A stretch of DNA of 54,347 nt from Octopus bimaculoides (GCF_001194135.2 NC_068989.1:47599337-47653683); one strand, 5' to 3'. Shown: positions 1-12,740, counted from the first letter of the stretch. Notes: a model not told the origin generated them from the letters alone. Numbers and translations: made by a program.

Positions 1-35
1 ACATACATACATACATACATACATACATACATACA

Positions 36-64
<29 letters not shown>
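1..64. repeat. (ACAT)n microsatellite
   Basis: Perfect tetranucleotide run at the window start. Confidence 0.98.
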
Positions 65-68
<4 letters not shown>

Positions 69-207
69 TGTTCACCAGCAGCTTCACGTGTTGAAATGCA
101 ACCATAAACAGATTTCTGATGGCTATTGATGAACTTATTATGCACAATTGATATGTGAGTCGAAGTGGTACGACGAAAGATTAATCGATACTTGCGCATA
201 TAAATCT

Positions 208-209
208 GC

Positions 210-284
<75 letters not shown>

Positions 285-324
285 AAGATAGTTAGATAGA
301 TAGATAGTTAGATAGATAGATAGT

Positions 325-384
<60 letters not shown>
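208..384. repeat. (GATA)n microsatellite
   Basis: About 44 GATA units with a few variant units. Confidence 0.98.
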
Positions 385-422
385 AATATACGTATGTACG
401 TATATGTATACATACATGGTCT

Positions 423-637
423 CGTGCATATACAAAATGTGTTTGTCTATAATAATACATACGATTATATATGTGTGTATGCATGTATCTGTATAAATGC
501 CAAGGTCACGTTAATACTTAAAGGCATGTAAGGGAATATTTACTTATGAGGACAATCAATACAATATTGGTAATTGTTTCAAATTTATTTTAAATTTCGT
601 GGTTACAGGAGAATTTAGCTTCACCTAGCAGCAAAAC
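423..637 (+). repeat. Segment B, duplicated at 2968-3180
   Basis: cgtgcatatacaaaatgtg...cacctagca aligns to 2968-3180; 546-618 is identical to 3091-3163 over 73 bp. Confidence 0.93.
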
Positions 638-649
638 GAGTCTGGTGGA
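609..649 (+). other. Candidate 41-nt exon (ENLASPSSKTSLV), unverified
   Basis: Acceptor tttcgtggttacag| and consensus donor |gtaagt at 650-655; only the phase-0 frame is open. No recognised homology. Confidence 0.25.
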
Positions 650-1020
650 GTAAGTATTGAATGAATATATAATCGATATGTAATTAAAAGATCCGAACTT
701 CTAAGTTTAGGAAGTTTGTAAACTTTGAGCAGTATAAAAAATTAACGTTCAGGAACAATGATTATCGATTAGCTTCGAAGTGTGTAGTCTTCTCCCATAT
801 TTAAGTTGGATAAACTGAAAATATTTTTTATAGCTCACGATTAGCAACGTGAGTTGCTGTGAATGTGAATGAAAATCCAAATTGAGGGAATGGAGAAGGT
901 AAAATTCAGGCTACATATATGTACTAGATAGCAGATACTCTGGGTTACTCGGCTAGCTACTCCTCTGGTCGGAAATATCTTAATTATATGAGGGTTATAT
1001 TGTCGTTAACGAATCCCAAG

Positions 1021-1133
<113 letters not shown>

Positions 1134-2489
1134 ATTTACAATTTAAAGGAAAAATCCATGGGAATAATTACAAGGTAGCTAAATGTTGCTTAAGTGTCCC
1201 AGGATTTAAATCCGGGATAGTAAGTCGCACTTAGTAGAAAATAGGAAAATTGAACAAGGAGATGAACTCTCGGGATTGTTGTTAAACCATTTATATCTTG
1301 AATTGTTTGTTCTACGTATGTTTCGGCGGGGCACTCCAAAATGTCCGACAGGATAAATTATGGTCAACAATACATCAATCTCATCACGAAGGATATAAAT
1401 AGCAAACACATCAAACAGACATGTTAACAGAAATAGAAAGTCTTATAAAACGTAACCTATTTATATTCATATGCATACACGCATACACGCACTCAAATAT
1501 ATGATGTATAAATATGAACATTATATACCTACAAAAGGACACAAACGTATACAACCACATATGCAAAGACACGCATTAATATACGTATACATACATATAT
1601 ACATGTGCTTAAGTAAGTGTGTGTATGAGTATACAATCATGCTTTTGGATCTAACGATGTTTTGGGATCTGTATGTATATGATCGTTTGTTTATGTAAGT
1701 ATGTGATCGTAGACGTATACTTTAACATCAGTATGTGTCTATGATGTTGCGGCGTGAATGTGTACGAGTATATGTTTAGATATATATGCATATGTGTGTG
1801 AGTATATTTCTGCCTATGTATGTATGTATTTGAATATATATGTACGTGTATTTTTATACATGAAGTATAAAAACAAGCGAGTTAAATACGCAAACAACAA
1901 GAGAAAAAATTAAAAGCAAGACAAGTAACACAAAGAACGACCCTTCCTTCATCAGTTATCGACTTTGTATCTACTCCTCATTTCGAGCATTCAACAACAT
2001 TTCGCTTTCTTTCGTACTTCATGTTGTTTACAGTTGGTGACGTCCTGTACCCATATAAGCATATATATATATATTATTATTTAATTGAACGCCACGCATC
2101 CATTTCCAAGTAAGTTTATTTAAATATATATATATNNNNNNNNNNNNNNNNNNNNNNNNNNNNNNNNNNNNNNNNNNNNNNNNNNNNNNNNNNNNNNNNN
2201 NNNNNNNNNNNNNNNNNNNNNNNNNNNNNNNNNNNNNNNNNNNNNNNNNNNNNNNNNNNNNNNNNNNNNATACATATACAGGGATATTAATAAAGAATAA
2301 ACCGATTTCATTACACAATATTTTAATAAAGAAAAGTAATAGAAAGCTGCACCTAAGTCACAAGTATTTACTCACAATCAACTTTTATTTCCTGTCTTAC
2401 ATGTGTTCAATATGGCCACCACCTGTAGCACGGGCAACATCAATACGATAAGAGAATTCCTCCCAGACGCGTAGCAGCATATCAAAAGC

Positions 2490-2618
2490 AAGTTCATTAT
2501 GGAACTAAAGAATAAATTTGCTTTGCTAGAGGCGACTCCAGAAGATATTGACACGGAAGCGGAATGGAAATACTTCGATAAAGCATTCAACCAGACAGCC
2601 AAAGAAGAACTCAGTGGA
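2490..2618 (+). mobile_element. LINE fragment (RTE-like endonuclease-RT linker)
   Basis: Translates KFIMELKNKFALLEATPEDIDTEAEWKYFDKAFNQTAKEELSG, matching the F..EL.NRF..L....W..F...A.E.LG linker typical of RTE/CR1-type ORF2. Confidence 0.7.
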
Positions 2619-2816
2619 TCGTGAATTGTGTATGTATGTATGTATGTATGTATGTATGTATGTATGTATGTATGTATGTATGAATGAATGTATGTAATGT
2701 TAAACGGAGAAACACTAGTATACTGAAGGTGTTGTTCCGAATGTCCGAATGAAGGACTCTATGTCTCAAGTTGTAACAGCTCTGTAGGTGTTTTTGGACC
2801 CTCCCTGAAACTGATC

Positions 2817-3325
2817 CAAAACTGGACCGTGGTCACAATGCATTTCAGAGATCGTGAAACCCTTTGGATACCGGAAAAGGTGTGCAATGTACAAAGCTTC
2901 GCACTTGGTACCCAAGTATTATGAATAGAAGTCTCTTCTGGTCTTCTGCAAGCGTTTGAAGTTTACACGTGCATATACAAAATGTGAGTGTATATAATAA
3001 TATATACGGTTATATATGTGTGCATGCATGTATCTGTATAAATACCAAAGCCAGGTTATTATTTAAAAACATGTAACGGAATATTTACTCATGAGGACAA
3101 TCAATACAATATTGGTAATTGTTTCAAATTTATTTTAAATTTCGTGGTTACAGGAGAATTTAGTTTCACCTAGCAAAACTGGACCGTGGTTTCAATGCAT
3201 TTCGTAGATTATGAAACACTTTGAGTACAGGAAAGTGTGTGCAATGTACAAACCTTTGCACTTGCTACCTAATTACTAACAGTGGAAGTCTCTTCTGATC
3301 TGTGGCAAGCGTTTGAAGTCTACAC
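2817..3325 (+). repeat. Direct repeat A (2817-2968) and A' (3174-3325) flanking a copy of segment B
   Basis: caaaactggaccgtggt...gcaagcgtttgaagt(t/c)tacac occurs twice, roughly 80% identical by eye. Confidence 0.92.
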
Positions 3326-3427
3326 ATTTTCTTGACTGCGCATGAAAATTGGGTTTAGTTTATGACCTGCAACGAATGTTTCCGTTCATAGAATCATGTC
3401 ACCCCACCTTCTTCAAAGACCAAAAAA

Positions 3428-3524
3428 ATCGAGTCGGTGGAATATGAACTCAGAACGTAACGGCAAACGAAATATCGCTAAGCACTTCGCCCGGCGTGCT
3501 AACGTTTCTGCCAGCTCGCCGCTT
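3428..3524 (-). mobile_element. tRNA-derived SINE family A, 5' fragment
   Basis: Reverse complement gcggcgagctggcagaaacgttagcacgccgggcgaa...gttctgagttca matches the copy at 25002-25215. Confidence 0.85.
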
Positions 3525-3721
3525 TAGGCAGTATACATACTGAGATGGGCTCCGTCCATCGGACTTTCGAGAACAGTTATACGCATATACGTATAACACA
3601 TACGTTTGTGTGGAAAGAGGTTGTTCCTTCTTAGGGATACACCGGGTTAGATTTCTATCAATTAATGATACTGGAAATTCCGCATGAGCATATGTACTAG
3701 TGTTTATCGTTGGTTCTTGAA

Positions 3722-4000
3722 CCAGGGAAGCACTCTCTCTTCTAGGAACTTGATGTAGGCATCCGTGTTGAGTCTGAAGCCCTGTGGGAAGCTTAATGGC
3801 GGCATAACATCGCCGTCATTAATGATCATTCCAAACACCATGATGTTTGATTTTTATCATACTCGGTACATGTTTTGAAGACATGGCAAGCAAACAGTTG
3901 GTCTGCGTGTTCACCATTTGTTCGTATTGGAGCTTCCGGCGCAAATACCAAGCAGTACAACATGTCGTTTCCAAATTTTTGGCTGAGTGAATTGCGTCAT
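3722..4000 (-). mobile_element. Internally deleted DD37D/maT-like (Tc1/mariner superfamily) transposase relic
   Basis: N-terminus MTQFTQPKIWKRHVVLLGICAG joined to MIKIK..IMVFGMIINDGDVMPPLSFPQGFRLNTDAYIKFLEERVLPW; homologous to the relic at 37709-38283. Confidence 0.75.
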
Positions 4001-4139
4001 GGTACTGTTCTTCTCACAGACGGTACCCAACTGCCCCTACTATACTTTGTAATCGATAAAAACTCCTAAACCAACAATGCGCATGCCCGAAATTAAAAGT
4101 ATAGAATGGCGACAATTTATTCATCGCACATTGTGTGTT

Positions 4140-4213
<74 letters not shown>

Positions 4214-5149
4214 TAAAACACATACACGCATATATACACACATATATATATACATAATACACACATACACACAAACACACAAACACACAAACACACAAAC
4301 ACACAATGTTATTCTCTCCACGATATACTACAGATAAGCCGGTAGGTAGATGGACAAATAGATAACGTTTATTTATGTACACGTCTGGCTAAATATTTGA
4401 GTTCTCTATGTATTTACCAACCTATGTTGCCTATGAATTTATCAATACATTACATTTTGAAACTATATTTACGATTTCTTGTCATTTTCTTCTTTCCTTC
4501 CTTAGCAGACCTTACCTTTAATGGTGTATCTGTTATTGGGATGTACACACAAATGAAAATATCTGTGATGACTTGTTTCGTTGTGTTACTAAATGTATTT
4601 CACTGTATCTCTTGAGAAATATATTGCTTCAAACTGATGGGGTTTTTTTCTGTCTTTTCTGATTTTTATCTATTTTGTTTCGTCTAATTTCCTTCGCTTT
4701 TCCCATTAGATGTATGTCGACTTGCTTGGTGAAAGAGTTACAAGTAAACTTGTATTTACTCAGTTTGGTCTATCAAAACAGATTATAAAGCTTACAGTAT
4801 GGTGTAAGATATATTGTTTGTGTACAAAATAAATACTAATCTTTCTTTTACAATTTCATTGATTACAGTCATTGGGCTGAATGTGTTTCAAATCTGGGGC
4901 CCCGGTATTAAATCTGAAAAGTACTTAAGTATGAGGCTTCTATCACCGATCAGCTTTTATTGTATATGAGTGTGTGCAGGCGCCTTGGTTAGTAGTTAAG
5001 GATGGGGCACTTCCTTTAAACCGCATATCGCTTTTACATTCGGCAAGAATTGCCCAAAACATTGGAAAAGCCAGCATAAACCGTGTCAGCAACAAAACCT
5101 GCTTTTGTTGCATAACACACACACACACACACACGCACACGCACACACA

Positions 5150-5198
<49 letters not shown>

Positions 5199-5430
5199 AC
5201 ACATAAATGCCCAGACTAAAATTGTTTTCCTCACGTGAAGGTATCCTATTCTATACACTGAAATGCTTTGTGAAACATTGTTAAAGCTCCGAGGAAGTTA
5301 TAAGAGGATGCACTAGTACTCAGCTCCACATGTACTCACTCATATAGCGGACACAACTGTACATTAATGAATTTGATTACATGATTGGTATTCCTCTGTC
5401 ATTGAATTAATTCATATTACACTCTGTTGT

Positions 5431-5516
5431 CGACGAACGCCCTATCTGGGAGCGCGAATATAAGGAATTCTAAAAACTGATGAGATTGGTATCGCTTTAC
5501 CAAAGTGAAATATATA
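5431..5516 (+). ncRNA. Two tandem degenerate minimal hammerhead-ribozyme-like motifs
   Basis: cGACGA-acgc...gcgc-GAATATA (5431-5462) and CTGATGA-g-a-ttggta/taccaa-GAAA-TATATA (5477-5516). Confidence 0.4.
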
Positions 5517-5550
5517 TGTATATATATATATATATACATGTATGTATATG

Positions 5551-5582
<32 letters not shown>

Positions 5583-5793
5583 NNNNNNNNNNNNNNNNNN
5601 NNNNNNNNNNNNNNNNNNNNNNNNNNNNNNNNNNNNNNNNNNNNNNNNNNNNNNNNNNNNNNNNNNNNNNNNNNNNNNNTAATAAGGGTGAAAAATTGAA
5701 TATTAATTTGATTAATATCAATTTAAAACCAGTCGCCTAGCATACTGAAAAATCTGAAGATTCAGAAAAATTATATTACATACATATAAGACG

Positions 5794-6167
5794 GATGACC
5801 ACTAAGTGGACATCCATTATGCTAGAAGAAGACCACCTATGGTATGACCACTAAGAAAAGATTGTTCTCAAGAAAATTCAGCAAACGCCAGAAGGTAAGC
5901 GAGCAAGACAAATGAAAAGATACAAAATATGAAGATTAATCACAAACCGGTTTAGTTGTTACCACTTACGTAATTACCTACGTAAATGTCCGTAAGTGGT
6001 AACAACGAAACCAGTTTGTGATTAATCTTTAAATTTTGTATCTTTTAATTTGTCTTGCTCGCTTACGTTCTGGCGTTTGCTGAATTTTCTTGCGAACAAT
6101 CTTTTCCTAATGGTCAGACCATAGGTGGTCTTCTTCTAGCATAATGGATGTGCACTTAGTGGTCATC
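5794..6167. repeat. Long inverted repeat, 177-bp arms, 20-nt spacer
   Basis: 5794-5970 versus reverse complement of 5991-6167: 11 substitutions counted by hand, no indels (about 94%). Confidence 0.97.
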
Positions 6168-6172
6168 AGAAA

Positions 6173-6495
6173 AAGTATATTGGTACATGTGAAAGAGATT
6201 TTTAAAAACGCATATGCTAACCACCAGTTTCTTTCCGACATATGGACAAGAAGAAAACCACGAAGCTAGCTAGCCATATTTGGGGCCTAATGGACAACAA
6301 TACTCCGCACACCCTCAAGACAATTAGAACGATCCATGCCATAGTTTATGGATCAAATCAAAAGAACTCATATATTTGTATAATCGAAAGAACTCATATC
6401 CACTTTTAATCTAAAACCCCAACAACCTATTGAATTCTAGATCCAAATCTTTTACTAAATGCAAGCATCCAGATATGTTTCTACTATCGAACTGG
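6173..6495 (+). mobile_element. Penelope-like element, GIY-YIG endonuclease C-terminal relic
   Basis: With frameshifts: KYIGTCERDFK-(RY)ANH-(S)FRH...TTKLASHIWGLMDNN...ICIIERTHI...LNSRSKSFTKCKHPDMFLLSNW, matching the PLE pattern YIG.TE..FK.RY.NH..SF / LS.YIW.LK / C.LC..EK / LN.RSE....CRH. Confidence 0.8.
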
Positions 6496-6693
6496 AGAAT
6501 GTCCTTTTCTCCGATTAAACATAATGTCTCACAAACTTTAACTTTTCTTCCATCGGGCTAAGAACTCTAACCATTGGTACACAACTATGATTTCTTTTCA
6601 CTTCATACAATTTTTCTCGTCTTCTTTTCGTTCTCTTTTGCTTTTTATCAAGGAGCAACCAGATTATATCTTGGGTCTGAAAGATTGCCTGAA

Positions 6694-6755
6694 CTTATAC
6701 ACTTTACCTGATCTTATACACTGATCTTATACGCTGATCTTATACACTTTACAAG
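6694..6755. repeat. Short tandem repeat of about 13 bp (ctgatcttataca) x3
   Basis: Direct reading. Confidence 0.8.
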
Positions 6756-7202
6756 CTCTCCCGACTATAGTATTATCCTAAGTTTCAAACTTATAGTAAC
6801 TCAATTTTGAATCCTGTGTGTACGTATATCAAATGTTATCTCGCGCTGGGTGCAGGACCTCCTTCTTGATCCCACTAATTAACAGAACATTACACAATGC
6901 AGAATGTCAAACCACAATTCTAAACAGCACAGTTAGACCTAATCCTAAATTCCTGTCCTAAAAATAAAAATATTGACCTTATGACCGACTTGAATTCCTG
7001 GTTCATTGGAAATCATCACTTTAATTTCAAAATTTCAGAATCTTTCTACGGTGTTAAAAAGACAAAAAACCAAAACAGAGAAAAACATAGGTTAACCCGA
7101 TTTCGACAGTGTTGTACATGTTTTAGCCACTAGGCGGTACGCTTGTTCGAGTAGCAGTTTTAGATATATATTTTATATTTTCTAAACTTATATTTCACGT
7201 TC

Positions 7203-7238
<36 letters not shown>

Positions 7239-7982
7239 GCATGTATGTGTGTATATGTTATATATATATACATATACATATGCATATCCATATGTATGTA
7301 TGTATGTATATATGTATGTAAATAAAGACATATGTATATGTGCATACATACTCAATAACAAAGAAAACTCATCTAAAATGCTGCATGATTAATTCAATAA
7401 GTTTTCCTTGGTTTAGAAAAAAGAATATAATATTCTTCGATTTATTTAGTCACATATTTTTAACTTCTAATTGTTTAATTTTGTTCTTCGCAAATACACA
7501 ATGTATTTCCTCTGAGTTGCCAAAGGAAAAACTTCGTTATTTTGTTAGTTGAAAATTTAATTTCTATTTTATTCAATTCTATTTACTCCATGTTTATTCT
7601 ACTGGAATAGAAAAAAAATGTAAATGATAGATCAATGATTTTCTTTCCTTTTATTTCATCTCAAATTTCTCGAATGTTGTTTAAATTTACTCTGAAATTG
7701 TCTTTTAATCACGTTCATCGATATTAAATTTCTGATGAGGTGAGTTCTGCAGATTAAAATTTTAACGCTTGCCAATATACGTCGTGTTCTTTGCTTGGAG
7801 TCTTCAATATAATTGTCTTCGTATTACTCTGGTTTCGATTCCCATTTAAAGGCCATCCATCCTCACTCATTCCCTCATTAATTGATCGATCGCATGGCAA
7901 ACAATTCATTCAATTCATTCTTTTGTGTACAGAATCTGTGAGGAAAGATCAATATTGTTGATCGTCGTTTCAAAATTATAAC

Positions 7983-8033
<51 letters not shown>

Positions 8034-8315
8034 TATAAAAATAGTAATATTTTTGTTTTATAGTCAGTAGCGAAGGCTTATGGGTGTATGTGTGTGTATG
8101 TGTGTATCTGTGTGCCTGTGTCTGTGTCTGTGTACGTGTGTGTGCCACATCTTGCAAAATGAGCAATAGGGAAACCATCAACACTTGAGAGGCTGAGATA
8201 AGCTGGAAATGATAAAAATGAATTCGAGAAATCTTATTGTTACAAACTAATTATACGGGTCCCATACTTAGATACGAAAATATCTTTCATTATAAATGAT
8301 AATGAAGATTAAATT

Positions 8316-8388
<73 letters not shown>

Positions 8389-9670
8389 GTACATGTATCC
8401 AATCGTCCATGCATCCATAGAAGTGCATGCGTGTGTGGTGTGTGTGTGTGTGTGTGTGTGAGTGTGTGTGTGCGTGTGCGCGCGCGTAATATATATATAT
8501 ATATANNNNNNNNNNATATATACACATATATATATATATATCGGAAGATGGTGATTAAGATATTAGAACGAATACTTCCATTCTAAAGGAAGTTAATTAC
8601 TTTGTATAAGAAACGGAATCATCATTACCGGCGCCCATGAGTCTCTAATGGGAATTTACTGGCAAAGCCAAAGTTGAATCGGCCCCTCCCACGGTTTGGT
8701 TGCAGACAGATGATTAAACGAAATATAATTTGAAATATTTGCAACAGAAAGTCGGATGCAGAAATCTATCAGAGGAGTCGAATAACTTCTTTTAATTACT
8801 TACAGATAAAATATGGTGCTAATATCTTTGCATTAACAACTAGAATAATGGAAATGGATCGTACTTAAAGATGATTAACTTAAAGGTATACAATGAAATT
8901 AATACTGCAATAAAACTTATATGAGCAACAAGAAATATTCCGCATGGACATCCTTGACAAAAAAGTGACAATATAAGATTAATTTGTCAAGAATAATGAA
9001 ATAATAAACTTATAGTAACGAAACCTATTCAGTGTACTACAAAATAACCCTTGTTACTGTGGCCCGGTGCATGTACGTTTCTGGCGAGTATGTACAAAAA
9101 AAAAGCCAAGTACACGTTCGTCTTCATCAGAGTTAGGCGCAGAATGGCGGTTGAATTTAATATATTTTGAAATATATAAAATACTAGAGCGAAGCTGGAA
9201 AATTATGGAAAGAAGCAGAAAGATTTAGTAACCTACAACAAATAGTGTATGATGTTTACATAAAGGACCAGTATCATAATGACAGAAACTGAACCAAATT
9301 TCGTTACTCGTGTTATCAGCAAGCATTGGTGTGCAGACACAGTGTGCACGTAGATTGCAGGTAACAACAGGATAACCAAGAGTTTATCAGGAAACAAATA
9401 CAAATAATCAGAAAATGGAGAAAACCTCAGATTAACAAACACATCGATTGGACCACATTTGTAGCTTATTTTTTAATACAAAGCATGACATAACAAAGAG
9501 GTGACACAAGTCTTACCGCCGTTTCCGCATCCGATGCCAGACGCTGTCTGTAAATAATTGCGTCAATAAAATTCTTCATCTTCATAGGACGTTCGAAATA
9601 AGCCACGGAGATTCATCGGAGTAAAACATATATACGCATATATACATAAATATATATATATGTGTGTGTG

Positions 9671-9737
<67 letters not shown>

Positions 9738-10092
9738 GTGCGTGTGTGTGCGCGCGTTTGTGCGTGTGTATACGCATATATATTTGTTGATACATAAACA
9801 AACAGACATCAGAGTAAGGACATTGATATTTTCTGAAATTGGCACATTTGCTACTGTATACTTCATATTACCATTGAGCTCGGCGAGACATTTATGCTTA
9901 TTCTTCTAGGCACCTTATAAACTCGATTGAGGGGGAGTGTAAGTACGTGTTATTTAAATCATGGATACATGGATGCATGGGTGGATGGATGAAAGAAAAC
10001 AATTTCAAGTTTCCCCTACACTACGCAGTGTGACTCGTCCCCATGTTCTAAGAGCAACTTGAAGAAAATCAAATATTATCACTTCTCTAAGT

Positions 10093-10310
10093 AATATTGA
10101 TTTCAATTTTGTCACAATGTCAGCGATTTTAAGGGATGGATGAAATCAATTACATTGACCCCAGAGTTCAAGTGATGCTTATTTTATCGACCCCGAAGTG
10201 ATTAAAGACCAGCTTAACCTCATCAGAATTTGAACTCAGAATTTAGAGACGACCGAAATGCCGCTAAGCATTTTGCTCAGCGTGCTAACGATTCTGCCAG
10301 TTTGCCATCC
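10093..10310 (-). mobile_element. SINE family A, near full length, diverged
   Basis: Reverse complement has head ggcaaactggcagaatcgttagcacgc, B-box-like gagttcaaattc, ggggtcgataaaataag and tail cttgtgccaaaattgaaatcaatatt-like. Confidence 0.85.
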
Positions 10311-10335
10311 TACCTCTCTATGTAATATACCCTGT

Positions 10336-10549
10336 GGAGGCGCAATGGCCTAGTGGTTAGGGCAGCGGACTCGCGGTTTCGATTCCCAGACCGAGCGTTG
10401 TGAGCGTTTATTGAGCGAAAACGCTTAAAGCTTCACGAGACTCCGGCAGGGGATAGTGGCGAACCCTGCTGTACTCTTTCACCGCAACTTTCTCTCACTC
10501 TTACTTCCTGTTTCTGTTGTGCCTGTAATTCAAAAGGTCAGCCTTGTCA
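10336..10549 (+). mobile_element. tRNA-derived SINE family C (OR1/OR2-like, name not confirmed), cut by an assembly gap
   Basis: ggaggcgcaatggcctagtggttagggcagcggactcgcggtttcgattcccagacc: A and B boxes; body matches 23172, 41682 and 53038 copies. Confidence 0.92.
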
Positions 10550-11376
10550 NNNNNNNNNNNNNNNNNNNNNNNNNNNNNNNNNNNNNNNNNNNNNNNNNNN
10601 NNNNNNNNNNNNNNNNNNNNNNNNNNNNNNNNNNNNNNNNNNNNNNNNNNNNNNNNNNNNNNNNNNNNNNNNNNNNNNNNNNNNNNNNNNNNNNNNNNNN
10701 NNNNNNNNNNNNNNNNNNNNNNNNNNNNNNNNNNNNNNNNNNNNNNNNNNNNNNNNNNNNNNNNNNNNNNNNNNNNNNNNNNNNNNNNNNNNNNNNNNNN
10801 NNNNNNNNNNNNNNNNNNNNNNNNNNNNNNNNNNNNNNNNNNNNNNNNNNNNNNNNNNNNNNNNNNNNNNNNNNNNNNNNNNNNNNNNNNNNNNNNNNNN
10901 NNNNNNNNNNNNNNNNNNNNNNNNNNNNNNNNNNNNNNNNNNNNNNNNNNNNNNNNNNNNNNNNNNNNNNNNNNNNNNNNNNNNNNNNNNNNNNNNNNNN
11001 NNNNNNNNNNNNNNNNNNNNNNNNNNNNNNNNNNNNNNNNNNNNNNNNNNNNNNNNNNNNNNNNNNNNNNNNNNNNNNNNNNNNNNNNNNNNNNNNNNNN
11101 NNNNNNNNNNNNNNNNNNNNNNNNNNNNNNNNNNNNNNNNNNNNNNNNNNNNNNNNNNNNNNNNNNNNNNNNNNNNNNNNNNNNNNNNNNNNNNNNNNNN
11201 NNNNNNNNNNNNNNNNNNNNNNNNNNNNNNNNNNNNNNNNNNNNNNNNNNNNNNNNNNNNNNNNNNNNNNNNNNNNNNNNNNNNNNNNNNNNNNNNNNNN
11301 NNNNNNNNNNNNNNNNNNNNNNNNNNNNNNNNNNNNNNNNNNNNNNNNNNNNNNNNNNNNNNNNNNNNNNNNNNNN

Positions 11377-11520
11377 GGTGGTCGTGGTGGTGCTGGTGAT
11401 GCTGGTGGTGGTGGTCGTCGTCGACGTGGTCGTCGTCGTGGTCGTGGTGCTGGTGGTCGTCGTCGTCGTCGTCGTTGTGGTAGCGGTGATCGTCATCGTA
11501 TTGATGCCATTATCCGTTGT
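11377..11520. repeat. (GGT/CGT)n trinucleotide microsatellite
   Basis: Direct reading; flanks a gap. Confidence 0.95.
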
Positions 11521-12106
11521 TGGCGTTTGTGGTGGTTCGTGGCAGAATACGAAGAAAGCAGTTGAGAGGTGTCAACCGACTTTAACCGACTCTATTTTCA
11601 TCATCTCATCACCATATTATTTAAAAGCAGTAAACAATTCACTGCGAGATCCTAACCGTTCATCGCATGTACAATAGTGTGAAATGACTGTTATTCTTTC
11701 TCTCACACTTTTCAACGGTTAAATAACAATTCTGCTTCAGCTTGTCTGAAGCTATTCGCACTTGAAAACTTTTTTACTTGCCTTCGCTGAAGCATATTAT
11801 CCCTAATCCACGATATTTATCCTTTCTATTCTTGACGATTTTCTCGTTGATTTTGTTGTTCTAGTACATTTCCACCTCTTCCTCCTCCTTCTCTTCATCC
11901 TCCCCTCCTTCTCTTTCCTCTCCTCTTGTTCCACCTCTTGCACCTCTACCTCGGACTCCATCTTTTGTTTTCCAAATGCGTCTACAGTTCTTGTTTGCTG
12001 TTTACTGGGTAAATTTTTAAAACCGTTGTTTTCATTCCACGGTTTGATCGATACTGGCAGCCATTGATTTTAGAATATATTTCTGAACACTAATATCACC
12101 TTTCGC

Positions 12107-12108
12107 TG

Positions 12109-12154
<46 letters not shown>

Positions 12155-12207
12155 CACCACCGCCACCACCACCACCACCACTACCACTACTATTACTACT
12201 ACTACCA
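12107..12207. repeat. (CTA)n(CCA)n trinucleotide microsatellite
   Basis: Direct reading; flanks a gap. Confidence 0.95.
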
Positions 12208-12740
12208 NNNNNNNNNNNNNNNNNNNNNNNNNNNNNNNNNNNNNNNNNNNNNNNNNNNNNNNNNNNNNNNNNNNNNNNNNNNNNNNNNNNNNNNNNNNNN
12301 NNNNNNNNNNNNNNNNNNNNNNNNNNNNNNNNNNNNNNNNNNNNNNNNNNNNNNNNNNNNNNNNNNNNNNNNNNNNNNNNNNNNNNNNNNNNNNNNNNNN
12401 NNNNNNNNNNNNNNNNNNNNNNNNNNNNNNNNNNNNNNNNNNNNNNNNNNNNNNNNNNNNNNNNNNNNNNNNNNNNNNNNNNNNNNNNNNNNNNNNNNNN
12501 NNNNNNNNNNNNNNNNNNNNNNNNNNNNNNNNNNNNNNNNNNNNNNNNNNNNNNNNNNNNNNNNNNNNNNNNNNNNNNNNNNNNNNNNNNNNNNNNNNNN
12601 NNNNNNNNNNNNNNNNNNNNNNNNNNNNNNNNNNNNNNNNNNNNNNNNNNNNNNNNNNNNNNNNNNNNNNNNNNNNNNNNNNNNNNNNNNNNNNNNNNNN
12701 NNNNNNNNNNNNNNNNNNNNNNNNNNNNNNNNNNNNNNNN

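Noticed and set aside
1311-1388. Hammerhead-like gTGATGA...cGAAACatacgta on the minus strand
   Set aside because: Core is mutated and the 56-nt stem II region has no convincing pairing.
5794-5815. ctgatga-ccac-taa-gtgg at the palindrome end as a hammerhead
   Set aside because: No GAAA follows the stem; it is only a small terminal stem-loop.
9588-9621. Hammerhead-like cCGATGA...GAACGTC on the minus strand (similar remnant at 9110-9130)
   Set aside because: Both catalytic boxes are altered; indistinguishable from chance without a family consensus.
10336-10400. tRNA gene calls for SINE heads (also 23172, 29552, 41682, 23850)
   Set aside because: A and B boxes are present but continue into a shared SINE body with TSDs; no complete cloverleaf with acceptor stem.
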